A stretch of DNA of 29,886 bases from positions 1-29,886 of IMG/VR virus record IMGVR_UViG_3300029171_000037. One strand, written 5' to 3'. The notes beneath the pieces were generated by a model, which made no database searches, was not told the DNA's origin, and saw only the letters and a list, made by a program, of their open reading frames with translations. Origin of the DNA: an uncultured virus (IMG/VR IMGVR_UViG_3300029171_000037). Shown here one piece after another: positions 4,543-13,688 of the stretch; position 1 is the first letter of the stretch, and every line of letters begins with the position of its first letter. The translations under genes were made by a program, and so were the position numbers.

Positions 4543-6956
4543 ACCTCAAGGACATAAGGATAGCCGCCACCAACCAGACGACTCATTTGTACAATCGAAA
4601 CCTTGAGGTTTGGTTGTACACTTCCGAAGTCAGCTGTTTGCATTGCAGCCGTGTAAGTGAAATTAGGCGATACCGCTGTACTTGTGCGAACAACAACTGT
4701 TCCGTTGTAGATCGCAACTGCATAACCAGCCCAGTCAGCATCATGCTCAATTTCTGTGTAGTCACGCAAAGCATTTACCAAGCGTGGACGTTCAACCCAT
4801 GCTACTGTCCAGTCACCATTTGTTTCCTTAACAGCAGTAGGTTGTGCAACACGCCAAGGACGCATGTTCAGTGCGTAGGGCTTGACGTCAAATGAAGATG
4901 CCTTGTCCAAGCTGGAACCAAGAGTCACAGTCTTGTACTTGACTGTCTTACCAATGTCAGACACAGCCATGTTAATCGACGAAATGTTATTGTCAATCAG
5001 CAAGAACAGCTCTTGTGTCACGTGATCGCTGATGTTTGGCTCTGAACCTTGACGACCGCGCATCAAACGACTCAAACGGTACTGATTAGGACCAATCAGA
5101 GTTGCATTGCGGAAGCCAATCATTTCACGACCAACCATTGCACGGTTAACACCGTTCTGTACGGCCAAGTCACTTGCAGCAGATACCAAAGTACCTTGCT
5201 TCAATGTAACGTCAACTGTCGACACGTCGTCCCACACGTAGTAGTTACCGAATGGAGGAGCAGGCAAGATTGTGTCAGCCATACCCATCGTAACAATGTT
5301 CGACGAAGTCAGGATTGACTGGTACGAAGCACCACTATCAACGCTACGGTACACATTCGCACCTGGCCAACCTGGCGCAGCATAACCGTGAACAGCAGCC
5401 AACAGACGCGGAGACGTATCTTGGTCGTTGATCGGTGGCGTTTCCAAGAACAAAGTGCTTGAGTAACCAACAGAAGTCGGAATGTTCGTGCTTTGATCAG
5501 GTGGTGTAGGCGAAGGGATACCGCTAGACTGGTATGTCTGAGTATTGTAGTCGCTACGAACAGCAGTGAACTCAAGAATACCATCATCTGTCGATGTCAC
5601 TTGGATGATACGAACTTCAGCTGTCTCACCTGTGTCCAGAGGAATGATCACAACGTCACCTGGCTCCAAGTCTACGTTGAAGTAGTCGGTGGAGAAAGTG
5701 TACTGTTGCTGTTCAATGTGAGCATTGACAAGAGCAGTTTCTGCAACACGCTTTGCATCTGCATCAGTCATCGCAAATGGAACTTCAAGCTTTGTATCTT
5801 GACCTTCTTCAAACGTCTCAATAGTCGCTGTCTGGCTGTAGACATTGTAGTCCAAATCGCTGCTGTAGTAGTTCAACGTAACACTACGTGGCAAGTCGAT
5901 ACCTTGATTGCGCTTCGCGGTGTATGGTGCCAAACCACTGACTTCAGAATCACCCATCACCTTGTGACCAAGGTCAGCCATTGTCAAAGTGCGAACTGGA
6001 GCTTGATACTTCGGAATGAACTTAACGGTACCGCCAGAAGGAACGATGTCGAACTGGTAAGCAGTAGCCATTGTGCTCAGCAAGTTGCGGAGCGTCATTG
6101 TTGAAGCTACAGTAAAGTGAACTGGAGTTGTAGGCAGAGCTGAAACGTCAAACTGACTGTTGTCGTATCCTGCGTAGTGCATGATCGACGTGATAACAAC
6201 TGGCAGTGTTGGTTGTGTGAACGCACCATTGTAGCCTGGAGTACCGTCATAACGTGAGTCAGCATTGCCGTCCCCTTGACCATCACCAGTCAACATGTCA
6301 ACAATCAATGCACCAGCGACAGCGACACCCACACCTGCAGCAAGCAAGCTGAGCCAGTCACCATTCGCAACCGCATCCTTGATCCAGTCAAAGACAGAGT
6401 CCTTCAAGCTATCGAAGAACGACTTGTCTTCTGGAGACAAACCTGCGCCAGAGACAATGTCAGTCATTGGTGCCCAGTACACGATATCTGGAGGTGTATT
6501 GCCTCCTAGAGACGAAGTGTGATCTGCGATACAAACGTACGCATTACCATAGCCTTCGTGTTTTGTGTCGATGCTGTCGTAGATCGCATTGCGAACTACG
6601 TCATTCGTCTTGTATTCGAAGCCATCAAGCCAATCACCCTTCCACACTAGTGCAGTTCCTGTAATTGTACCTGTGTCACCAGAAATTGTGGCCTTGATGC
6701 CGCTTCCTGCAATGTCAAGCTTGGTGATAACACCAAGCGACACGCCATTATCAAGCAGAATTAGCTCACCAGCCGGTCCAGGTGGCCCTGGAACAAGACA
6801 GCACTTCTCAATGATGATCGGATCACCAGGATTGGAAGTCGAAGTTGAACCGCCGATACAAAACTCAAAGCGTGGATCTGGCGGTGTAGATGTGAACGAA
6901 CCAGGCGACGTGTAATCGGTCTTCGTCGCTTTGAACGGTACTGGACAAACGCTCAT
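4539..6956 (-). CDS. Central tail-tip / host-specificity protein, C-terminal part (Phage-tail_3 / GTA-like), with an extra N-terminal region
   Basis: From about aa 248: DVSAL...LRNLL...AYQFD...GG.VKFIP, LPRSVTLNY...DY, LEPGDVV, WPGA.VYRS.D.G, EMIGF..A.L.....YRLSRLMRGRQGSE. The N-terminus carries GPPGPAG and a CBM5/12-like W.GDW...Y..NDVV...YVC...HTS motif. Confidence 0.88.
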   Translation of the reverse strand: MSVCPVPFKATKTDYTSPGSFTSTPPDPRFEFCIGGSTSTSNPGDPIIIEKCCLVPGPPGPAGELILLDNGVSLGVITKLDIAGSGIKATISGDTGTITGTALVWKGDWLDGFEYKTNDVVRNAIYDSIDTKHEGYGNAYVCIADHTSSLGGNTPPDIVYWAPMTDIVSGAGLSPEDKSFFDSLKDSVFDWIKDAVANGDWLSLLAAGVGVAVAGALIVDMLTGDGQGDGNADSRYDGTPGYNGAFTQPTLPVVITSIMHYAGYDNSQFDVSALPTTPVHFTVASTMTLRNLLSTMATAYQFDIVPSGGTVKFIPKYQAPVRTLTMADLGHKVMGDSEVSGLAPYTAKRNQGIDLPRSVTLNYYSSDLDYNVYSQTATIETFEEGQDTKLEVPFAMTDADAKRVAETALVNAHIEQQQYTFSTDYFNVDLEPGDVVIIPLDTGETAEVRIIQVTSTDDGILEFTAVRSDYNTQTYQSSGIPSPTPPDQSTNIPTSVGYSSTLFLETPPINDQDTSPRLLAAVHGYAAPGWPGANVYRSVDSGASYQSILTSSNIVTMGMADTILPAPPFGNYYVWDDVSTVDVTLKQGTLVSAASDLAVQNGVNRAMVGREMIGFRNATLIGPNQYRLSRLMRGRQGSEPNISDHVTQELFLLIDNNISSINMAVSDIGKTVKYKTVTLGSSLDKASSFDVKPYALNMRPWRVAQPTAVKETNGDWTVAWVERPRLVNALRDYTEIEHDADWAGYAVAIYNGTVVVRTSTAVSPNFTYTAAMQTADFGSVQPNLKVSIVQMSRLVGGGYPYVLEV

Positions 6957-6961
6957 TTAAT

Positions 6962-8179
6962 TTAATCTCCGTAGTAGGCCTGATCACCTGTAGCGATCAT
7001 AGCAGTGCCAAGCACCTCAGTACTATTTACACGCTTCATAGCCGACAAGCGATACGCTTGAACAAGACCAGATGTCCCCAAGTTCGCAACAAACATGTAC
7101 GGATACACAGTAACGTTGTCGAAACCTGTACCATTCCAACGCTGAACCGTCAATTTTGGTGTGACAATCCCCGTAACGTTGACCAATGCAGCATTAGAAG
7201 CAGGAGTCGTCAAGTAAGGTGTAGCATCACTGTTTGGATCAACACCAGGCGTAATCGTCCAACCAGGAAATGGTGGATACCACGCAAGTGGTGGACTTTG
7301 CATAGGTGTATTAGTCTGGTTAGGCAAGAAGCGGAAGTCATTAGTAGTCAAGTTGAGACGACCAAGTGTGACATTACCACCAATAAACCATGCTTCACCG
7401 CGACGTTCGTCAAGGCCAATATCCTTACAACCACCACCTGTAGCGCCGATGTTTGTTGAAGTGTTGGTGGACTGGTCAAAGCCAGACAACATACCAGTAG
7501 CAGCCAAACCTTGTGCATCGGAACCAATGTACACAGTCTTGTTCTGACCGACAACCAAACGATTTGGATGACGGTTGACGCGGTGAACGCTAACCATTGC
7601 ACCAGTACGTGAGTCAACCTTGACAATTTCATGTTCGTTGTGTGAAGTGACATACATGTAGCCATCAAGTCCGTGTGCAATGTCACGAACGATGTACTGC
7701 TTGCGACCAGTGATCAAAGCAGATGAGAATGTTGATGTCAACAAGTCATAACGATACAGTCGTTGCTGATCAGTGGGTTCTTCAGGCAACGAACTGATTG
7801 CCCATAGAGCGTTGTCACCAGTCGTCAGTACAGGCTGCACACTTTGTTCAACAGTAATGTGACCTGTCGAAGTGTGAGTTGTAGTGCTGTACACTTCAAT
7901 GTTTGTTGCGCTTGTCAACACAAACATCTTGCCGTTGTCACCGGTCATAGCACGAACTGTGCCTGGAGCAGTGATTGTTGCCACCAAGTACAACGATGTA
8001 GCGTTATTTTCGAAGTAGTAGTTCTGCGTTAGACGTTCGTAATCGCTATTTTGGTCCCAGTAGCTGTAGACGTTGATCGTTGTGCCAGCAGCAACCCACA
8101 CGTCACGACCATCAAATGCCATGCATGTTACTGCACCTGCTTGCACAGCGATCATCGATTGTTCAAATTGCCATCCCAT
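6962..8179 (-). CDS. Beta-propeller-like virion protein (405 aa)
   Basis: Repeated ~40-aa beta-rich blades (MAFDGRDVWVA, IAHGLDGYMYVT, LVVGQNKTVYIG); located in the tail module. Confidence 0.7.
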   Translation of the reverse strand: MGWQFEQSMIAVQAGAVTCMAFDGRDVWVAAGTTINVYSYWDQNSDYERLTQNYYFENNATSLYLVATITAPGTVRAMTGDNGKMFVLTSATNIEVYSTTTHTSTGHITVEQSVQPVLTTGDNALWAISSLPEEPTDQQRLYRYDLLTSTFSSALITGRKQYIVRDIAHGLDGYMYVTSHNEHEIVKVDSRTGAMVSVHRVNRHPNRLVVGQNKTVYIGSDAQGLAATGMLSGFDQSTNTSTNIGATGGGCKDIGLDERRGEAWFIGGNVTLGRLNLTTNDFRFLPNQTNTPMQSPPLAWYPPFPGWTITPGVDPNSDATPYLTTPASNAALVNVTGIVTPKLTVQRWNGTGFDNVTVYPYMFVANLGTSGLVQAYRLSAMKRVNSTEVLGTAMIATGDQAYYGD

Positions 8180-8180
8180 A

Positions 8181-8765
8181 TTACGTATCCGTGTCTTCGT
8201 ATTCGTCCATGAATACCTTGATATTCAATTGGCCGATGTTTCCAAATTCTGCAACAGAACCTGCTTCAACAAACAACTGTGTCACAAGGTATTCTGTGTA
8301 GTACGTAGTGTTTGCGCTCATGTATTGAGTATACGATGTGGCAGCCTCAGGACCCACAGTACTGATTCGTGGGTACAACGTCTGAGCAACTCCAGGCGGC
8401 AAGTAGATCAGTGATCCATCAAATGCGTTCGAAGGAGTTGTGTATGTATTCGTCAATTTGTAGAACAGACGAACCTTATCAGTGCCAACGTATCCACTTG
8501 GTGGAGCTCCGTCAACTGCACCTGAGACGCGAAGTCGCATGCGACTTCCTTTCGGATATGTACCGCTGATCTTCAGGTAGTTGTACATCGTGAAACTGTA
8601 GCCGAACGGAGTCACTTCCGGACGAATCAGAGGATAGTAGACGAAGCTGTTTGTTTCATCTAGTCCACTGTTCTTCCATCCCACATTGTTGACAGAGATG
8701 CGTGTAGTTCCGTGTCCAGAGCTAACTGCACCGCTGTCTTGGTAGAGATCAACGGTGATTGTCAT
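8181..8765 (-). CDS. Hypothetical virion protein (194 aa)
   Basis: Beta-rich, Tyr/Thr/Ser-rich, tightly packed within the tail block. Confidence 0.7.
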   Translation of the reverse strand: MTITVDLYQDSGAVSSGHGTTRISVNNVGWKNSGLDETNSFVYYPLIRPEVTPFGYSFTMYNYLKISGTYPKGSRMRLRVSGAVDGAPPSGYVGTDKVRLFYKLTNTYTTPSNAFDGSLIYLPPGVAQTLYPRISTVGPEAATSYTQYMSANTTYYTEYLVTQLFVEAGSVAEFGNIGQLNIKVFMDEYEDTDT

Positions 8766-8767
8766 GA

Positions 8768-9472
8768 TTATGCGAACGCCTTACGCAATGTGCAGTACAT
8801 GTTTGTGCCATCAGATACACAATCCATGATGTCAGTTGCATTTGCTGCAGTCGACAAAGCAGAGCTACCAGTAAACTTCCATGCTGACCCATACGTGAAC
8901 ACGCGGTTACCTGATCCGTCCTGCTTGATGATGAACGAATACACACCAGCACCCAAGTTAGTTGGGTTGGCCAACGTTGCATTCTGACCAAGCGTCAAAG
9001 TGAACAAGTTGCTTGCAGATGCATCAGGGGTGATAGTTGCGGCAGAAGTCAAAGCAACAGCTGTATAGCGTTGTGCTTTGGAGAACGTGTTCACAGTGTT
9101 CAGCTTCGCTACGTTCGAACCGACGTCCAAAGCACCACCAGTGATTGTGATGTTTGCTGTATTAGCACTTGTCACAACGCCAAGAGTAGAGTTTGTAGCT
9201 GCAGGTACGGAGATGATACCTGACGACACATTGACGTTCGTACCGATTTGAACAACACCCTTTGTGGAAGTTGTAGCATCAGGAAACACTGTTGAGCCGT
9301 TAGCCGCTGCAGTGATACGTCCCTTAGCATCAACAGTAATGTTTGCAGATGTGTACGAACCAGGCGTCACTGCTGTGGACGACAGTTGAGGAGACGTAGC
9401 AGTAGTGCCGACACCACCAAGGTCGCCAGCCAATTGTACGTCACCAGGAATTGTAGTTGTTGCGTTAGCCAT
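8768..9472 (-). CDS. Short tail fibre protein (234 aa)
   Basis: LAGDL.G...GSYTSANITVDAKGRITAA, DATTSTKG and NTFSKAQR motifs; C-terminal TL..N.TLANPTN...G.Y..IIKQDGSG.R domain. Confidence 0.8.
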   Translation of the reverse strand: MANATTTIPGDVQLAGDLGGVGTTATSPQLSSTAVTPGSYTSANITVDAKGRITAAANGSTVFPDATTSTKGVVQIGTNVNVSSGIISVPAATNSTLGVVTSANTANITITGGALDVGSNVAKLNTVNTFSKAQRYTAVALTSAATITPDASASNLFTLTLGQNATLANPTNLGAGVYSFIIKQDGSGNRVFTYGSAWKFTGSSALSTAANATDIMDCVSDGTNMYCTLRKAFA

Positions 9473-9481
9473 TTTATGTCC

Positions 9482-11182
9482 TTAGATGTAGGTGCACTTC
9501 GTTGTAGCTCCGTCGATCGTGCACTTCAGAATCTGGAGTTGTGTGGTATTTGCGTTGTTGCTGAACTTGTATGATGCAGCGAATGTTGTTGGGTAGACGT
9601 AGAAGTCAGTTCCTGCTACGGGTGTGCCCAATGCTACATAACCAGTTAGCGAATTGAACAAATTTGTATCAGAGATGCCAACAGATGAACTGGTGCCCAT
9701 TGTGTTCGATGTGATCAACAAATTACCACCGGATAGACTTGCTACAGCGTCAGAGCCAAAGGCGGTGTTCAAACGCGCGATCAAGTCAGAATACGTCTGT
9801 GCTGTCGATCCGTCAATAATTACAACTTTTCCTGCTGGTACATAGATATCGGCCCTGTACGAAGTGCCAACACCTGCCACAGCGGTACCCAAACCAACAT
9901 AACCCGTCAACGAAGACTGTGCACCTGCACTGATACTAATAGCAGATGGAGAACCCAATGTTTTGCTAGTAACACGAAGATTACCACCGTTCAACGACAT
10001 CAGGAACCACGGATTCGTGTTCATCTGATTCATCATATTTGTGTACGTACCACAGAAATTGCTGGTGATTGATGGACTGCGGGCTACACCATCAACAGTA
10101 ATGTTAAAAGTGTACGTAGTTGTCACCATTCCAGTGTAGGATGCTCCAGTGTAATTTGCAGGAGATCCACCTGCTCCACCACCTGTTACAGAATCACTGT
10201 AGTTTGTACCAGAGATAATCGGGTACATATTAACATAAAAACCACCCAGGCCATCGGTTGAAGCTGTAGCAGAACCCAAGTACGCGTTCAACGACGATGC
10301 CATGATAGCTGTAGCCATTGCAGACGTTGTCTGCATAGATGATCCAGCGATGTTAGCACTACGTGTGACTCCGTTGATAACAATGGAGACGGTGTACAGA
10401 GTACCTGTATTAGGATATCCTGTATTCGTTGATGAGAAGCGAAGGAATGCAGCAGTCTGTGACGTGTTTGTCAGACCTGTAGGCGACGAACCTGTCTTTG
10501 CACCACCCACGTTGATATCTTGATAGCCGTACGTAGGAGAGATGTTAGACAAACCCGTAGCCGAAGAACCAGTCTTGCCACCACCAACATTGACGGATTG
10601 GTAACCAGCTGTCAGAGTGTGAGATCCACTGTTCGTTGTGTTGGTAACAACATAGAACGTATCTCCTGTGACTCCGTTGACGGGATCAAGGATAGTCGGG
10701 AGTGACGAACCTGCATCAACAACGTGGACGCTGTACGCTTCAACGTCAGGTGTGTATGTGGAAACGCCAGATGTGTTTGCAGGAAGACGTTGAGCCTTTG
10801 TGACAACATTGTTCTGATTCAACTGAACAACATTCGATCCAACGTTGACAGAACCAGACGAAATGGAGATGTTCGATGTATTGCCGCTGTTCGCAACACC
10901 AAGTACACTACCTGTACCTGCAGGAACGGACAATACTCCAGCAGCGACATTCATGTTTGTGCCAACTTGAGCGTAACCTTTGGAAGATGTCGTCGCATCA
11001 GGTCCCAAGAACGAACCATTGATTGCATAGACTACGCGGCCTTTTGCATCTACGACGATGTTTGCTGATGTGTAAGAACCAGGAGAGACACCGGTCACAC
11101 GCAGCTGTGGCGTGTTCGCTGTTCCTGTGAGATCACCAGCAAGCGTGACGCTACCTGGCGTAGAAGTTGTTGCCAAAGCCAT
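9482..11182 (-). CDS. Tail fibre protein (566 aa), paralogue of 8768..9472 with a large insertion
   Basis: The first ~190 aa and last ~40 aa align by eye with the 234-aa fibre; repeated domains occupy about aa 193-526. Confidence 0.8.
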   Translation of the reverse strand: MALATTSTPGSVTLAGDLTGTANTPQLRVTGVSPGSYTSANIVVDAKGRVVYAINGSFLGPDATTSSKGYAQVGTNMNVAAGVLSVPAGTGSVLGVANSGNTSNISISSGSVNVGSNVVQLNQNNVVTKAQRLPANTSGVSTYTPDVEAYSVHVVDAGSSLPTILDPVNGVTGDTFYVVTNTTNSGSHTLTAGYQSVNVGGGKTGSSATGLSNISPTYGYQDINVGGAKTGSSPTGLTNTSQTAAFLRFSSTNTGYPNTGTLYTVSIVINGVTRSANIAGSSMQTTSAMATAIMASSLNAYLGSATASTDGLGGFYVNMYPIISGTNYSDSVTGGGAGGSPANYTGASYTGMVTTTYTFNITVDGVARSPSITSNFCGTYTNMMNQMNTNPWFLMSLNGGNLRVTSKTLGSPSAISISAGAQSSLTGYVGLGTAVAGVGTSYRADIYVPAGKVVIIDGSTAQTYSDLIARLNTAFGSDAVASLSGGNLLITSNTMGTSSSVGISDTNLFNSLTGYVALGTPVAGTDFYVYPTTFAASYKFSNNANTTQLQILKCTIDGATTKCTYI

Positions 11183-11775
11183 TACAGGCCTCCTTGTTTG
11201 ATAATTTCGAAACTCAACTGTGGAATTGCTCCTGAAGAGCCCAAGTCAAAGTCCTTGAATACTATGTATGCCAATCCACGGTAAGCAGGCACGTTTCCGC
11301 TACCCTCAGCACTTTCAATCGTTGGATCGGGTAACTGCGTATTACCACCCAAATACAATGTGCCTGGAAGTGGTTTTGCTTCTGACGTAGCATCTACAAT
11401 CAGTTCACCATTGCTCCACACACGACGAATGCCAAGGATTGGTCCTTTACACAGTGCAATTGCCATACTAACACGGTAGCCAACACCGGCAGGTTGACTT
11501 CCACCACCCTTACCGCCACTAGCTTCAATGTCGTACGTTGTCTTATCTGCTGCCCAAATGATGTTACCAGCAAGACGTTGCTGGCCAACTACAACAGGGA
11601 TGTTGCCACCGTACGCAGCTGTCTGTACACGAAGGTCACCAACGGTCGTCTGACCGGCATTTGCTTGGTCAGCACTGATGTAAGAACCCAACATCCAACC
11701 GATTTGAGCACCAGTCGGGCCACCAACCATGTAGCCTACGGCAGCTCCTGCGGCTGAAACTACAAAGTTAGCCAT
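11182..11775 (-). CDS. Central tail-tip protein, N-terminal part (GTA-like)
   Basis: GGP.GAQIGW.LG, YG..IPVV.G..RLAGNIIWA, A.ALC.GPI.GIRRVW.NG.L, Y.G..TQLPDP.IE and PAYRGLAYIVF...L...G.IPQLSFE, then a stop. Confidence 0.88.
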   Translation of the reverse strand: MANFVVSAAGAAVGYMVGGPTGAQIGWMLGSYISADQANAGQTTVGDLRVQTAAYGGNIPVVVGQQRLAGNIIWAADKTTYDIEASGGKGGGSQPAGVGYRVSMAIALCKGPILGIRRVWSNGELIVDATSEAKPLPGTLYLGGNTQLPDPTIESAEGSGNVPAYRGLAYIVFKDFDLGSSGAIPQLSFEIIKQGGL

Positions 11776-12214
11776 TGTTTACTCCAGGAAATTCATAACT
11801 GTGCGTCCAACGCACGATCCATTCTTGATTCATAGTATTTACGCAGACTTTTTTGAAGTCAAAGCGCGCATGAATGAACTGTGTTTCGTTGATCATGATG
11901 CCCAAATGCGATGTTGTACGTCCGAATTTGAACGTAACAATGTCACCAGGCTTTGTCTGATCAACATGCTTACGAACACAACCAAAAGACTCCAACTGCT
12001 CAAGCAATTTCTCTTCACGGTTGTGCAAGTGCCATTGAGTAGGATAGTTGACGATCTTCGGAAGATCACTTTCAGCAATGCTTCCGCTATCAACTGCGAC
12101 TGCAGCAACCAACATTGCACAGTCTACACCAACACCAAGCACCATACCGTGATGATGGTATGGTGTCTGATCCCACTTCATTGCAGCTTCGATGATTTGT
12201 GTACGTGTAACCAT
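11768..12214 (-). CDS. NlpC/P60 tail-associated peptidase
   Basis: W..TPYHH.G...GVGVDC, PGDIV.F and SHLGI......FIHA catalytic Cys/His motifs. Confidence 0.92.
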   Translation of the reverse strand: MVTRTQIIEAAMKWDQTPYHHHGMVLGVGVDCAMLVAAVAVDSGSIAESDLPKIVNYPTQWHLHNREEKLLEQLESFGCVRKHVDQTKPGDIVTFKFGRTTSHLGIMINETQFIHARFDFKKVCVNTMNQEWIVRWTHSYEFPGVNNG

Positions 12215-13050
12215 TAGCGATACTGCACTTCAACTTGAATGTGAGGGAAACCACCAAAGTTGACAGCGTTGCTGAACTTCAACTTGCATGTCTCAAACGT
12301 CTTGTCGCATCCAGCTGTCACAGAGAAGTTGTCACCTGGCTGAATGTTAGCCATCGTTGGAATGAACAACTCAATCGATGTTGCATCCTGACCTTTGACT
12401 GGATAACTCAAACCTGCGTTATTACCTGTCGTCCACGTCAGTACACCGTTCGTACACATTCCCGAAGGTTGAGACAATCCGGATGTTGTGAATAGCAATT
12501 TGGCAAGTGAAACTGAAGCTACACTTCCTGTGAATGTGTATGATGCAGAATTGATTGTGCACGCTCCAATTGAAGCTTCACCAAACTGGCTGAACAACTG
12601 GTGACGGCAACCTGCGGTAAAGATGAAATTGATGTTACGTGCCAATTGACGCATGTGGCTTTGCATGTCTGCACGGAAGCCATCTACTGTCCATTGAACA
12701 ACACCAATGTTACCTTTGTCAAAGATGTAACGACCCTTCGACACATCGGTTGGATCGCAGTAAGCAATCTCAACAAGTGCATTGTCGAACTTACCAGAAG
12801 CAAGATCCGTCTCAGGTGCATCGACCCATGCGGACCTGAACTCTTGGTTTGATACTTGATCGTTAACAGTCGCAGTCAATGTGGGACGTGTCATTCCTGG
12901 AGCAGGAACGTACGTTGTCCCATCTACCGTCAACTGTAGATCGTAGTCTGTGTAGCCAAAGACAGATCCATCCTTTGCTTCCAATCGCATGATTGTAGCA
13001 CGGTTACCGTCTTTGAATGCCTGAAGTAGGCCAGGGCTGATATTACGCAT
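12214..13050 (-). CDS. Baseplate hub protein (DUF2163 / BR0599-like)
   Basis: DG.V.GYTD.D..L, C.H.L......C and GCDKTFETCK.KFSN..NFGGFPHI signature. Confidence 0.92.
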   Translation of the reverse strand: MRNISPGLLQAFKDGNRATIMRLEAKDGSVFGYTDYDLQLTVDGTTYVPAPGMTRPTLTATVNDQVSNQEFRSAWVDAPETDLASGKFDNALVEIAYCDPTDVSKGRYIFDKGNIGVVQWTVDGFRADMQSHMRQLARNINFIFTAGCRHQLFSQFGEASIGACTINSASYTFTGSVASVSLAKLLFTTSGLSQPSGMCTNGVLTWTTGNNAGLSYPVKGQDATSIELFIPTMANIQPGDNFSVTAGCDKTFETCKLKFSNAVNFGGFPHIQVEVQYR

Positions 13051-13055
13051 TATTG

Positions 13056-13688
13056 TTATACCTCAAACACTTCGACAAGAGCAAAGTCTGCCAATTCTAC
13101 TACAGATGGAGCAACATCAGTACAGTCTCCACCTGAGGGTAGTGTCATTGCAGCAATTGTCCATGCCAGGTCACCCTGAAAGCGAACAGTCAAATAGAGG
13201 TCACCACTTATTGTAACGGTGTCAGAAGGAGAAGTAGACGTCACAGTCACGTAAGGGAGACCATCTGCATCCAATCCACCAAAAGTGGCAGCTGTCGGCA
13301 CACCATTCTTGTAGAATGTGAGAGCAGACATGTCTGGATTCATGATGGGGTGTGTACCAGCCACAGAAGAGCTGATTGGCACATTCAAGTACCAAGTAGC
13401 GCCACTGCGGCTTGCCAGCTTACCATTTGTGATCGTAGGCTGAACTGGATCACGCAACTTGAACGAATCCTGCGCTGTATGAACAGTAGCCAAGAAGTTC
13501 GAAATAGCTGCACGATCAGACTCCTGCATCACGCGTGCTGGGTATGTCCACGTGTAACGCGGCCAACGATTCTGACGACGGCGCACTTCACGTGCGCCAT
13601 TGCCTGTAATGACAACTGGATCAAGCACAGACTTTGAAATACCGTGCTTCAACTTGATGTCAGGGAAAGTTACATTTTGAAAAGCCAT
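13056..13688 (-). CDS. Distal tail protein (DUF2460-like)
   Basis: F..V.FP, G.REVRR..NRWPR, F.LRDP and VRF..D motifs; directly follows the tape measure gene. Confidence 0.8.
   Translation of the reverse strand: MAFQNVTFPDIKLKHGISKSVLDPVVITGNGAREVRRRQNRWPRYTWTYPARVMQESDRAAISNFLATVHTAQDSFKLRDPVQPTITNGKLASRSGATWYLNVPISSSVAGTHPIMNPDMSALTFYKNGVPTAATFGGLDADGLPYVTVTSTSPSDTVTISGDLYLTVRFQGDLAWTIAAMTLPSGGDCTDVAPSVVELADFALVEVFEV

Noticed and set aside
4539-11182. Diversity-generating retroelement or invertible tail-fibre cassette
   Set aside because: No reverse transcriptase or invertase in the window, no near-identical repeat differing only at adenines, and all fibre genes are co-oriented; paralogy is evident mainly at protein level.
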